From assembly GCA_965285935.1 (NCBI GenBank), contig OZ260665.1, forward strand, positions 67,208,001-67,272,000: a stretch of DNA of 64,000 nucleotides, read 5' to 3'. Positions 13,701-27,683 of this stretch are shown in pieces. This DNA is from Ophelia neglecta. Lineage: Eukaryota. The notes under the pieces are model-generated. The model saw only the letters and a program-made list of their open reading frames with translations, made no database searches and was not told where the DNA came from. Each line of letters starts with the position of its first letter. Position 1 is the stretch's first letter. Both the position numbers and the translations under genes were made by a program.

Positions 13701-16700
13701 AGATATCAACTGGGATCTTGTATCGCCTAGCTTTTGTCACCGTTGCCAATTTTCCATATACGGCTATACTGATTAAATGTATTATTCCCCCGTGCTCATT
13801 CGTTGTGGTATTTGTCCAAAGTGATAATCAGTCATCACGGACAATAGCCATATATAGGCATTCACTATCAAATTTGCTCAGCAGCAAACCAATTAGGCTT
13901 AGTTATGCAAAATACGAAGCTTTGCCGCCGGGCATGGAGGGGGAGGGACTTTATCCATGGACAGGGGGGGGGGGGGTTAGGGGTATATAAGAGCATGGGG
14001 CCCTGTTAGATGGAGCTAGTGGCTGCGTTGTTTACCTTCCAGCTGTTCTTACGCATAAATACACATAGATGTTACAATAGCTCAGCTGTAGGCCAGGGTA
14101 CACGTCTGTATCAGGCGATGACGTGTGCAAATTAATGAGAGAATATTATCGAGTGTATGGTATGTGTACAAAGAGGCCTGCAAGGGAGATCATATGCGGA
14201 CCTGTACACTGTCAAGCCTTAAAATGGGTTTGTTTCCGGCTGCACCATACTGGTTCCGGAATGGGACACAGAGGATAAAAATGTTAAAGTTACAACGGTT
14301 GCTGGCCGCACCATGCAGCGCGCTTGACGGATTTAATAGAAAGCAATAATCGTGTATTTATCATATGATATTGATTTAAATTATTCAAGTGTGTAGGCCT
14401 ATCATTTGTTTCTGGTACAGACATGCTAGATGTCCCCAACTCTCGTGATGTGTATACTTTGTTTAGCTAAGCTCGATCTAAGTCTGTGACTTCATCATAT
14501 TATGTTGGTTTTTAAAAATCAATTATTCACATTGACAGTTCGATTATACATTATATTAACTAACACAAATAACTTCCACTGTTTGTTGGAAGTATATATT
14601 TTATTTGTTGTTGAACAGCCAAATTCGCAACAACAAACCTTTTATAAACGTTAAGATCATTCTTGATACAGACCAGGCCTCGCGATAACATGTTTATTAT
14701 TATGCGCTGCACGACCCTGAGATAAACCTGTCTTCAAATGCTTTGAATAATTATAATTAATTACACTCCAAAGGATACTTTATTGAAATTACCAAGCCTG
14801 CTAAATTGGACATATTCCATTAGAGAAGGCAGGGAATGCCCTGCTGGCTCTTTAATAAGTCCCTTGGTAATCCTACTTTCGGTTAAAGACTTAACGCCAG
14901 ACCATCCTACGTATATTAACGTTGTTTCTTTTGCCGTCCGGGAGTTTCTTACATGCCCAATGGCAAAAAGTGCTTCTTGTCTACCGACATGAACCTCTAT
15001 ACAGTCCCAATGTGATCATCAAAACCGTATAGGCCTACAGGCGAGGACAATGTATCCAATCCGTCAGTCTAGCTTCTATGTAGGGTTTGTTGACATGTTT
15101 ATCGTCATAACAATCATATTGATACTAATAATTAAATATCTTTATTCAGGTTACCCATATAAATTAGATGCATTGAATAGATTGAAAGGTGAAAATTATA
15201 ACCACGATCTTTACATTTTTCGTAAAAGTATGTACACTGTTTGTCAATTGTATAGGGCCCACTTAAAAAGTTGGGGACATCAGAAAAGAGGCCAGTAAAA
15301 CCCTAATCGCATAGCGGAAGAATAAATAAGAATGTGTTTCTTAGCCCTATCCTTCTTTTGCCTGCGCACTTTGCCCCTGCCATCTTTTTTGTTTTTATTT
15401 GAATTCGTTATCTTAATATTTTAACAGACTAGCTTTATTCTTTTCATACCAGTTAAATTCATGATAAGATGATGGGTTAAGGTCTTCTAAATATTTCTAT
15501 TTCTTTGAACTATTTTTGTTTGTTTGATTGAAACTAATTCACTTGGGCCTAACTAATATGGTTCCCTGTCACCAAGTGGACGTCCATAACAGCCGCATAT
15601 CTTAAATTTAGTGGGAGCAGGTCTGAATCGAGGATTAGTCTTTCGATTGACTTCACTTCATGGTGGGTTCCAGGTAATGATCGAAGGGTCTCGGTTAATG
15701 GTCGAAGAATGCCTGGTAATGGTCGAATTGAGTGATCGTAAACATCTGTTCATCAGCAATATAAAACACAAACCTATAAGCACACATCAATACATGTATG
15801 CATGTATGCAGGTATATCCTAAATAACAAACCTCAATAATGTATGCAAGTATTGCATCGCTGGTTTGAATTAAACATGAGGAAATGGACGACATCGAAGT
15901 TGGCAATGTTGGTGGCTTGCTTTAATACGCTCTGTATGATGACGAAATATTTTAGGAGCCAATAATATATGCCTATATATTAGTTTTTATTGATGTTGAG
16001 ATCGATATTTTTCATATATACAAGAAAAATTACAAGAGCATTGTCTTATAACCAGGCCAGACAGTACACATAAGCCTTAAATTCCGTACAAAATCTATAG
16101 GAATATTACAAGAGTAGATAAATTGTAAACAATTATTGGTTGGGGTTGTATCCAATGTTATCGATGAAATTCTCGATGATGGATTCCATTTTTAAAGCAT
16201 CATGACTGCCTGTCCATTATAACAAATCGTTTTTAGAAACTGACCCAAATGTAGCATGTGGCGGGGAGGGAAGGGGGGGGCAACTTAAACGTTGAGCTTT
16301 TAACTCTTGATCCAATTGACCGATATACAAAAAATTTGCCTCGTTACGGTTATTAATGTTTTACATCAACCATGTGCCACACGACAACTCAGAATCAGGA
16401 GAATTAAAAGTTAAACTTGAAATCATTATTGGATCACTTGTGATTTATTGTCGGGTTCAATTCGTAAGCCAGGTCTCTAACCTGGCATAGAATGACGTAT
16501 CAACCATATCTATAAAAACGAATCAACTTAAACGTAATACACGCTAAAAAACCGATAGCATTTCTTTCAGATTAGTTATTGGATACTTTTAAAACAAACA
16601 ATTCAGATGGCATTTCTATTCAAGTTACGAATAATGAAACATTTATCAATTTCAGTTTTAACACACAATGGGTTAAAAAGTTATAATAGAAATGGTAAAA

Positions 16701-19700
16701 ATCACTGCTTACAAAAGGTCGAAGAATCATGGATGAATGAAGAACAAGCTTGAGAATTTAAGGCTGGAAGAACATCCCAAACATAGATCCTGCGTTCTCT
16801 TGGTAATTTGGATTATTTCTCCTGGTTGTAATGGCGCTTTGACAAGCTGTGGCACCAAGAATACCTGAGTCTGTCGTTAGATATTCCGGCGGGCTAGTTC
16901 GCAATTGACAATTTGTCTAAACAGTGGCCACAGCTGTTGACTAAACGTCGTGATTTACATGCGGTTTACAACAATCTGCAAACAGGCAGGTGTAATGAGC
17001 TTCGCATTGCACAGACATTACTTATAGGCCTAGCATTTTATTTCCAAAATATGATAAATAAAAATACTCTCATATCTCGCATGACAGGAATATGTGCTAG
17101 TAAGTCGCTTAATAGACAGTTGAGACCGCAGGTTGTTCAAGCCGGATGACTGATTTCGAGGAGTGGTGGGGGGGGGGGGGGAGGGTATCGTCGTCAGGGT
17201 GAGGCCTTACACCCAGAGGGGAAGGAGGCATGTATCAGGCACTCTCAATATGTTCTCTTGTGTAGCTTGTGTAACCTAGGGGACACTTCTCCCTCCCTTT
17301 GATACTCTTCAGGGAAGCCACGGACTGCCCTCGCTAAAGCGGGCGGGGTTCATGAGTCCCCCGAAATAGGAAGGCCTCCTGACCTCCTCACATAAAATGT
17401 GACTCTCCTCAGACTCATTTCCTTGGGAAGGTTTTGTACAATTTTGGAATCCTTCACTCGTCTATGCCTTAAATTTACATTGTCTTCTAAGATTCTACTC
17501 AAATAAAATACATTTGCTGCTGGCTGTTTTTAAAATGCCTAGCAATCATTTATTCATGAAATGCTAATATTGCATTGTGTGTGAAGGATATTAAATTTAA
17601 ATTGGAATGGAAACTAAGAGTCCGCCTATACATATTGACCGCCCACGACCTTCTTCAGGAGGGATATCAGAGAAAAACACGAAACATTCCACACCTGCTG
17701 CAACCTCTGACATGCGTCTATGTAGTTCTCCACACAAGTTTGTCTTATTGTCAGACTAATGGACTGTTGTGCTGCTTCCCTTCTCAGCTGACACGTTGTT
17801 ATTGTAATAAGGCTTCGGCCTCTGGCCGTGCTCCAGTCAGTTTAATACCTCTCTAATGTACTTGATCCAATCAAATCACCACGATAGTTATTCATATTTG
17901 CTCGTATACAGAGATGTGTCTGATATTTTATCAGAAATTACCCAAAACCGTTTGGAAAATTCAATAGTTGTAGATTTCACTAAAAAGAGACGCGTTTTTA
18001 TAATCTTAGACTAACAAAACCGTGGAACATCTTCATGCCAAACAAACGAGTACCAAATGCATTGAACATGGCATGGTGTAGATGACACACTTTTATATAT
18101 ATTTGTATAATTAAAAGTTTGAACCATGGAAATCATAATAGAGTGTGATGAAAGGGTTCAAATCTATAATTCTTGTCTTCTACCTGACAGAACATAATGG
18201 TTCTTGTCAACAGGTAGCATATATAGGCATATACATTGTTTCAGTCTTGTCGCGACTCTTTTGATGTCACTTTTTATGCTTGTAGTAAATTAGCAGCTTA
18301 ATGATTATAAGGCAAGATAGATCAAACGATGAATAGTATATGCTTTTTTTTGTGTATTTATGGGCTCTAGATCCGACTGATTTCCGCCACCTTTTGTAAA
18401 AGAAGACGTTATTAAAGCAATGCTTGTTCTTATAAACAGCATATCGGTTAGCACGTAGGAGTTTGCAGAACCCGCGTGATAATCATCTACAGTCTGGCTG
18501 TTGAAAGTTGTCCATGTCATTAAAAAATCAAAGCCAAAGTATCATTTTAAAGACAATAAAGAGGACAAGACTAATATGAAATATATTGTCGCATTAAATT
18601 CAAGAAGGCGAATGAGAGGTTTCATATGAATGCTCCAGAACCTTAAGAAAACGGGGTCCTATATCATGGTTAGGGTGTGGCTTGGCCACAGAGGATCTAA
18701 GGACTAATTCTTCAAATAAAATGTATATAATAAATTCCTAGACATGTATTCAAATATCCGATTAAGCATTCAGAAACAAATGGATATATTATATATAGCA
18801 GTAACCATATACGCATCAGTGGTGGGGTTGGGCTGGAAGTGGTTGTGGGGGTGGGCTGGCGGAGGTTCTCTCACTTATACATCGATGAATGCACGTTAAC
18901 CTCTTGGTTAAAACGGCGCGATTGAGGACACGTTATACATTTGAAAACATTTTAAAATATGTCGTTAGCTCTTTAGCGCCCGACTTTGCGAGGAGAGGAA
19001 ACTTTTATTCAGCGAGGCGGGGAGGCTCCCCTATTCTAAGGGACCTATATACATGCCCCAGCCTATCATGATCTGTCATATTGAGTCTAATGATATAATT
19101 AATCTAATTTCGTACCTTCTGCTGTATAGGTCAGCTGGAAGTTCTGTTGCGCCGCCTACAGGATCCAAATGGACTGCATCTGTCTCGGGACTACGTTAGA
19201 AGGATTGGAGAAGTGAGAGACAAGGCCAGACAAGTTAGCAACATGGCCGAGCAGTACATTAAAACAGGACAGCCACTGTATTATCATCGTGAGTCAGCGT
19301 TTCTGTTTTTCACCCTTGGGCTGAATCGAAATAAATTACATGATCCATAATGAAACCCGCTATCACAACACGACTGTGTTGGTTTTGTATGGCGGAATAA
19401 GCGATTTTATTGATATTGAGTGATAAATGCTCGTTTTGGGGTTTTTTAATCCTATAAAATATATATTCAGCTAGACTGGTGTCCTTGCAGGAATCGGAAC
19501 AATCATCCATGAAGGATTCTGGCAGCTAGATTATCCCCTTCGCGATATAGACCGAACAAAAATGATCAAGCCACAAACTTACAAGGAAGTAATGCACGAG
19601 TCGGATTCGGACGATTGTCTGACGGAACTGTTTGGGACTGGGTAAGTAGTATAATTCATATAATACAAAGACCCTCTAAGCGTTTCTAACATAGCCTATT

Positions 19701-22700
19701 TTCTTGGGGGTACAATGCGTTAGAAATGAATTTCCTGGTAATAGCACCTTTAGAAAAATAACCATGTTAGCTCTTGTGTCGTGGACACTATTTTGAACTT
19801 GGTTGGGGCTGGGAAGAGAGAAAATGCCCAATTTGACAAATAGTCGAGTGTATACCGCGATGACCAATGCCATCTACGCGGTACACTATTCAAGCTGTAC
19901 AAAATTGGCATACCAAATGTATCTGTCACAAATGCATCTAATAGGGATATGTGACAAAAAATTTAAAGGTCATATTGAGAACACTGAACTTTCAGTGTCT
20001 TCCGCTGGCATTGAATGGTGGCCCTGATGGCCTAGGTTATATAATCAATACCGAATATTCTATGCCTTATTATGGGTAAACGATGTCAGTTATGCACATA
20101 AAACATTATGATGATATCTGGAATCCATATGCAAGGAAGACTATTGGTGGATTTGAATTTAGCCTTGAACGGAATGTGAAGATTACATGGTTAAAACGGA
20201 AGGTTCAATATTTAGCTGTAGCTTAAGGCTGTAATTAAGACACCCCTGTCTCATTGGCATCTTATAGTTAATGATATGGAGGACATTAATAGAGACATTG
20301 ACCTGTATCATGAGCTCAGTTCCAATGACAACTCTCAGTTGCCCGCCGGTCATTTCTCCGAGTCTATCCTATTTCTCGCAGCGATTCCACAGCATTTGTT
20401 GCTATATAAACAAGTCGGGCCTCATATATGAGTATTGTTATGTAGGCCTATTGCTCTCACATAATGCCACCGATTCAGAGTTCCGCCTGCTTAGCATATT
20501 ATTTTGTTCAGACTAAATGATTTTGTTCATTTGACACTACTAGCATGCATTAATTTATATAGCAAATTTTAAACTCACTGCGATCAGATTAAATTAAAAT
20601 GTCCCATAAAAGGCAACAGCGCATCACCAGTTTAGAAAATATTTCGCAAAAGGCGTCAGGGGCAGCAAAAGCGCTCACTGTCAGCCAATCATGATCAGCT
20701 TACCTTATTTGGCCTTATACGGGCCAAGGAAGTAATAGACTAAAGCTAGTGCAGATGACAAGGTAAACGTCTGCTAGTACAGGTTCAGCAGCCCGGGTTA
20801 TAAAAGGCCAGAATTGGAGGGCCAAAGCAAGTGTATAAGCCATGAAAGGGGGCCTTAAATTTCCTTTAATTATGACAAAATACCTACAAAAACACAAATT
20901 ATAATCAACTGTTGAATTCATTGAATTAATCTACGTTTTCTATTCCTTAAAGTTATTGATTATGAGGGATATACATTATAAAGGTTTACAGTCAAACACA
21001 TTGATTTTTTTTTTAAATTGTAAAGTTAAGCTTTTAAACTAAATCTGGGACACAAGAAACAGTTTCTTGTGTCCCAGACTAAATCATCAAGACTTGTCAT
21101 TTTATTATAGTAGTGCGTATAAAGGACGCTATATAGCGATCCAACGGCAGAAAATTCGGCATACTGCGCATGTGTAGATCTATTCTTCATCATATAATGA
21201 TAATCTGATACCGACGTGATACCACAAAACGAAACTAGAATATTGTACTACTATAAATATCAAAAAAAGACACCGGTTAATCATAGAATTTTCGGTAACC
21301 AAGCCTGCCTTCTTCAGCACTTTGGTGAATATCGAGGCGAATATTTTTTGGAAACTTTATATGGAACTCCTGGACAAGGCAGAGTTGCCAAAAATTCGAT
21401 GTTACCAGGTGTAAAGACGGGTAAAAATTACATTTATTCTATAGGCGAATAAGAGGGATCTGTCTTATAGATCTTAACATTGTAGAATAGCACAACTCCG
21501 GATGAATACATGCAGCGGCGTGTACTAGGACACATTTCAGGCACACACAATCATTAATGTAAAAGTTGGAAAGAATTCTAACGCCAATTTACTACTTGGC
21601 GCCAATTGTCGAGGTTAGTTTTGTGTTTCAAAGAGCAGGCGCGAAATAGGCAGGCTAAGATTCCACTCCGACTTTACTTTGGTGTTATACATTATAGTTA
21701 TTGGGAGCTGCCGCGTCCCCTCTAATGTATCTCGGGTGTGAACCATTTTCAGCCATTAACATGGTATAACAGGAGCCAGTGATAATTTCCCTTTTCCTTC
21801 TGGGCCATCGGGGCACGTTCGCGTTCTAACGTAGCGTGAGTCTCACTTTGTTCAAATAAAATTATTTTGCGTGGGGAAAAATACATTTATAAGCCATCTA
21901 AGGTTTATATGCATATATCATGGCTTCTTCTCTTCCCAAGACACCATCTGTAATGTGAGCCATCCGTAAAACACTTCTTTACGTACAAATATATGAATAA
22001 AATGTTATTAACGGCATAATTTATGGCAAAACATAATCCACTGGTTCAATTATCTATTTGTGAGATGAAAAAACATCCGTGATTTAAATCATCTCGGGAA
22101 GATTAATGAGTGACAGGTCCCCTTGAGGCCTTTAAATAGTGACCTAAACACCACTATTAAGTGTATACCAGTCATACCATAGATATAGAGAATACATATC
22201 TATGGTCATACCTATTTCTTTTCCATTGTTCACAATTAACGGCATCAATTCTTCACTCAGTCGTTTGCTCGACTCACTGGAGAACAAGGTTCCTTTAAGA
22301 CAAGCTAGTCAAGTCATGGAGTGTATTTTTCCATACTACACTGGTCACGTCTATCGGAATTTAGCGTTTGCAGCTGCTATCGTGTTTTAGCCATATTTAG
22401 TCGCATTAAACAGGTTCATTGTTATTCAACAGCATTGATACAACCCAACAGTGCAGGATGTCACGCTATTGCTGGAAACTGATGACGTCACCAGGATATA
22501 GATTCTACTCGCTTACTCATGAAGTTTTCTATTTACAAATTGGCGAAATCGTAAGTTGATCTCTTGTTTGTCTTAAGATCATTTCTCGATAGATATGCCT
22601 GTTACAGTAGGCCTCAGACACTTTATATCTCGAGGTCATTGGGTCTTTGTCACTCAATGTAAACACATTTGAGCCAGTCACTCAGTTTAATAATATGCTT

Positions 22701-25700
22701 TAAGCGCTATAATTACATTGATGTCACAGTTTGGCTGTTTTGGGAGCCACTTCCGGCCAATATTAGACCATTTGAATGCGGGGTTCTGCGCCAATATGCT
22801 GTCTGAGGCTGAGGAGATTGCAGGAGCTGGCTTTCCTAATGACCTAAGGGATCTCTTCATGGAACAAGGTCTGCAGATAAAACCTTCTATATCACACAAA
22901 AAATCATAGTTCACCGGAGGCTATTATGATGTAGCTAACCTGTGGATATTTAAAGAGCAACAGAGCAACAAAGATTTTCTTTACACTAGTTATTTTAACA
23001 TTATTTTTAACATTGCATTTTGATGTTATCTTCCTTTAAACGTATTAACTCTCTTGCGATTGAGACAAGTGAATTCGGCATAACATGCTTAAATGCCTTC
23101 CATTCGGATGTTTATTTTTTCAATTATTGAAATGTCATTTCTATAAGGATAGACCTATCATTTGTATCAAAGAATGCAGCTGTCCTTCTCTGGAGCCCTG
23201 CATGAATGATGAAGGGGAGACCGGGGTTGGTTGTAACACAGACAGGTTGTAACGGGAACGATCAATTTGGAAAGCTAATGTTGGGGAACTTAAAAAAATG
23301 ATTGCAAATTGGGGGACGGGGACAATTAAATCGGAGTCAGCATTCGGGGCTTATGGCTGGATGGCAACGTTTGAAAAATAATACTGGTGGCTTCTTATAT
23401 GACTGTGCCCTGTAATTGGACTGGGTAATGATTGTGATGAATGCACTATAATCTGTCTGGTAATCTATATTCTGAGCTTTAAACAGCAAAATGCCACTGC
23501 GCAATATTCATGTGCGGTTCGCTGGTGGAGGTTACAACGTTTATTCCCTTTATTGGTCTATGTACAGGAACTAGTATGGCGGCTGTATATTATAGATGGA
23601 GGAATATGATAGGTAGAACAGATATACAGGCCAGTTTCATTCCATTCCATTCCTTCCGTTCTATTTACAGGCAATGCCATGTTATTTTACGAGCCTCTCT
23701 ACGCTAGGCAGCGGCTTTTACAGCTGTCACAACAAAGCATATTGTTAATTTAGTGCAACATCATTTGTTTTCAAAACAATTTAACAAAAATCTAAAACTG
23801 GCAGCAGAGAATGTCCAATTTTACAGATAGATAGATAATGGAAAATAAGCAAACTGCAAATATCAAAGTTAACTCCCCCTGTTGACACCCAACCCCAGCC
23901 GGGGCTATAATTTCTAACATTTTTTTGTAGGATCCATTCCCATTCGATAATTATAAGTTTTGAGAGTAAAATATTTGGGTTAATCTGTAGTGTTATTCTT
24001 CGCTTGAAAATTCTCCGACTTGGAAAATCTGGTTGTCTTTGAAGTCGGAGAAGAACAGACTCTTATTTGAAATAGGGCGACATCCATCTGCGCATTCTTC
24101 CATACTGAACTATGAAATGGAGAACTGTTGTTTTTTTCTCTTTGTTTCTCCTTTCCTGTTTTTAGTGTAGCACTCCGTTGGCACTTTTCTTGTGCTTGAC
24201 ATTTGAATTATTCTTACTGTACTTGCTCGATTTTTCTCTTCAGCGGCGCTGTGCGGCTCCCTAGGATATCAACAGTTCTTCCGGGGCAAGTGGCTGCAGC
24301 AGATATTGAGCTGGCAACGCCAACCACGAGGTTGCTGGGGGCAACCGAGCCCGAATACCCTCAAACAAGGCAAGTAATGTTATATTCTGATTTTATTCTG
24401 ATGTTTGATGTGATTGATCAACGGTCTGTCTTAAGACTTTCCTAGGGGAGGGGTGGGGGTGGGGGGTAGGTGATGAGAGTGTATGGGAAGGGTTCCAGTG
24501 GCCAATTAAGACACTGGGATATGTGACCCCCAAGCCCAATTCCACGACCGGGACTCACCGGCTCTGAGCCAAAGCCCGCCAACATCCACCTGTTGACCTT
24601 GTGCCATCCTTGGACCGATCTGCATCCTTGTTTGGCTAAACTGGTGGTGACAGAGAACAGGCAAAGTGACGGTCACGTATCGTGAACTGTTAGCATTCAT
24701 TATCGCTCAGGACAAAAACAAGACATAGCTGGACGCTGGTAACTCAAGTCAACAAATGCTCGCCGACATGAACACAGCCATATTAATCAGTCTTGCTTAA
24801 CAACTAATATGTTCTACATTTGCTTTAAATATCCCACGTAACAGATAACGCTCTTGTTTCCTTTCGACTTTGGATCGACTTTGACATCAGATTTAACAAA
24901 GCTTGCTACAATTCTGAGCTTTTCCGTGATCATGGACTGTGTGATGAAGCTTTAAGAGATCAAAAGACTATGACGGTATATCGGCCTACACACACTTTTA
25001 CTTAACACTACATACATGCGATCCATGATACTCCTAGATGTCGACTCCAACAAGCAAAATTATATCATGTTTACAAGGCTTAGAACCTTTGTGGTTTATA
25101 AGTTTGATTTATCTAATACACTTTCACCCAGTCGCCCACGATTATCAAGAACCGACCACGCATGTTGATGAGCACGACAACGAATGACTGGAAAGTGTCA
25201 AACTCTTGAACAATATTCGATTTGACAGGACTGTACTGTGTTTTGTTAGATAGTTTAGTAAGTCATTGTTCGAGGCGCAAGTCGCCGGCTAATTGCCTAA
25301 CATCAGCCCAGGCACAACTAATGCCCGCTAACAGTGACCAGACGTCTGCCACACAGGCTGGGAATTACTCGCCATTTACTCAAATTTGTTGAAGATCGCA
25401 CAGTGTAATGTTCGAACAAAAAGTAGCAGGCAATGTCACTTAAGAGGGCGGAAATGGCACCGTTCACACCAGTAATACACTTCTAATCCACTTTTGCTCC
25501 TCTCCTATCTTCTCCGGCTGCAAAGGCTTCTAATTAATATATAATGCTTTCAAGGACCTTCTTTGGTTAATGTCGAATACCAGCAGGTTTGGGCTAACGA
25601 CTATACTCATTGCCACCATGCAACTGCATCGATAAATTTAAATAATGTTTGACTTGTTGGCATATATGATCGTCAGACTATGCTTTCGACTCAACTTTTT

Positions 25701-26204
25701 TTTACAGCTAAAGCACATTTGACACATTTACTATCATTCCCTAGAGACTGACAGTTTTATACCTTTTTCGCAGGAAAGAGGTTTTGGTTTAAGAGAATTG
25801 CTGGGCACTTTCTTTGAAAAAAAGTAGTAATTTTGTCTCAAGAGAAAATAGCGAATGTCGGTAAAGCTGTGCAAGATTTTGTTACAAAAAAAGGAGACAA
25901 GAAATCCTCCTACTTGCTTGTACTATAGTAGCTTACTAGAACGGCAAAATAAAACTATGCTGCACCGTCCAAAGGACCTTTTTTCTGGACATTAAATGCC
26001 TATCCCCCTCGGACCCCCATGTTAAACCAGAATCGATTGTTTGTTTCAGGGTCACGAGCCGAGCGGGATTCAGGGTCACGAGTCAAACGGGAGGAGCGTG
26101 TTTTCACGGACGGCTGTGAGTGTCACAGGACGGCGGTGGCGCTGGGGGCTCTCGGCCAGTACGTTCGCTATATCGTAGAGTACCTACAACAAATACCTCA
26201 TTAA
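10715..26204 (+). CDS. C16orf89: UPF0764 protein C16orf89 homolog, secreted, 346 aa; coding exons 10715-10907, 19130-19288, 19491-19641, 22433-22550, 22730-22868, 24244-24369, 26050-26204
   Basis: Exons join in one frame (1041 nt incl. stop) with GT-AG sites, plus one GC-AG intron at 24370. Signal peptide MKPIITVLNLLAVVQVIKS. Family motifs VNLDAAIGTRLVEGQL, ESDSDDCLTELFGTG, CWKLMTSPGYRFYSLTHEVFY, CANM...RDLFMEQAALCG, WLQQILSWQ...GCWG, RVKREER...DGCECHRTAVALGAL match my recollection of the human C16orf89 layout. Confidence 0.9.
12571..12626. repeat. Exact 28-bp tandem duplication (TGCTAAGGGCTTCCTCTTTATGACATTA x2)
   Basis: Read directly from the sequence. Confidence 0.9.
14183..14500 (+). mobile_element. 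Dispersed repeat, copy 1 (begins TA-CACTG; CACTA/EnSpm-like non-autonomous element)
   Basis: Collinear with 40782-41105: shared blocks TGCACCATACTGGTTCCGGA, CAACGGTTGCTGGCC.CACCATG, CATTTGT.TCTGGTACA, CGATC.AAG...G.CTTCATC. The superfamily is inferred from the terminus only. Confidence 0.7.
21038..21084. mobile_element. 33-bp perfect palindrome flanked by a 7-bp direct repeat (ACTAAAT)
   Basis: actaaat|ctgggacacaagaaac-a-gtttcttgtgtcccag|actaaat. Confidence 0.75.
22171..22211. mobile_element. 27-bp CATAGATAT...ATATCTATG mini-insert with 7-bp TSD (GTCATAC)
   Basis: gtcatac|catagatatagagaatacatatctatg|gtcatac. Confidence 0.85.
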
Positions 26205-27683
26205 CAAGCCTATATCTCAGGCCGAAAAACCACATTCCTTCTAGGAGTTTTCACAAATCTAGGGACTATTATTCATTGGGATCCATACGGAAAGTCATAC
26301 GGACCAAGCTTCATAATTTTGTTCTCTGGCTCTCATGATCTCGGGATTAGTGTGCTTGTCAATTAGAAGTAACTTATAGTGATAATAAAGATTATAACGA
26401 ACAGGGTATTCAGCTTATTTTCTCTTTTCTTTCTAACCCAAAGCGTACAACCCGCATTTTTCATTTCTAGCATGTGGGTACACACATTACCTGAGCCAGA
26501 ATGGCAAGTCCAGACGAAAATAACGTGTTAACATTTATTTCTAATTATAATTATATAACAATATTACAGTCAAATATGAGAGGGGGGGGGGGGGGCTTCT
26601 ACAAATACTCCACGTGTATTAAATCAATCTAATGGCCTCTCGGCACATATATTTATGGGGTGGGGGTAACCAAACAGTTTGAACTTTTCGAGTGCCTATA
26701 GACGGGATAATAAACGTTTCATCATACTCAGAATAAGGCATCATTTCAGTCCTTTGCTGGTGGATGTCATTATGGATGGGGTTACTGCATTTATTCTCAA
26801 GTCTTACTGGACGATCTAACTGTTTTATCACTTGGCTGATTATTCTTAGCATTGCGCACTTTGTACTGTTCGCCAATGAGAAATGGAACACGATAAAATG
26901 TTTATGACCCTATATATCTAAATTTTATGTGCCGGTGCCGTTTGCAACCGACTTTCAATGTTTACCTGTTCACTTGTAGCCAGATAAGCATAGACATATG
27001 TCAGTCCCTCGTATAACAGTTTTTTTTTTAATATGGTCGACATTTAGCGCTTTTTTACTGCGCGTTTTATGGGGGAAGGGTTACGAGACAAGTTTTTGCC
27101 AAAGGTAAGGAGGCGGGGCGGGGGGGGGGGGTGGAGTCACCAAGTTTTACCAGGGTTAACAAGGGGCGCTCATTAAGTGTGACCAGGAAATTAATTAATG
27201 GCACAAATAGGACAATCTGAATAAAATGTATCTTGAAATAAAACGTCAACGCATCATGGTTTTGTGAGTGCGTTACCGGTGTTTTACGGGAGTAGAAAAC
27301 CTACTCCCTGGTTACGTGTACGAGGAACATTCAAAAGTAGTTCATTTACCCATAGAAATTAAAGAAGAGGCGTAGTATATTCGAAAATATTCCCTCATGA
27401 GGCCTATCGAAGATACAGAGTACTGCTATACCCACCAGTTACCTTCTCGCCTGCACGATTGGTAGGGCTACTTTCAGTAATGCATATGGATCGTAAATGG
27501 GAAATTTATTAAACTGCTTTATCTTCTTACCTCTTAAAGTGACTATATTGCAATATTACCAAGTTAATCTTGTGAGCTTGCAAGTATAATAACTATTTAC
27601 TTTTCTGTGGGTGACATGGTGTCCCTCCTCTGGTGATTTTCGCTAGCCAAAGGCTAGGAAGATCATTTTATTTCTGTGAGTGT

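Noticed and set aside
24203-24445. 80-aa ORF in the track
   Set aside because: Wrong frame; the real C16orf89 exon 6 uses another frame (AALCGSLGYQQFF...).
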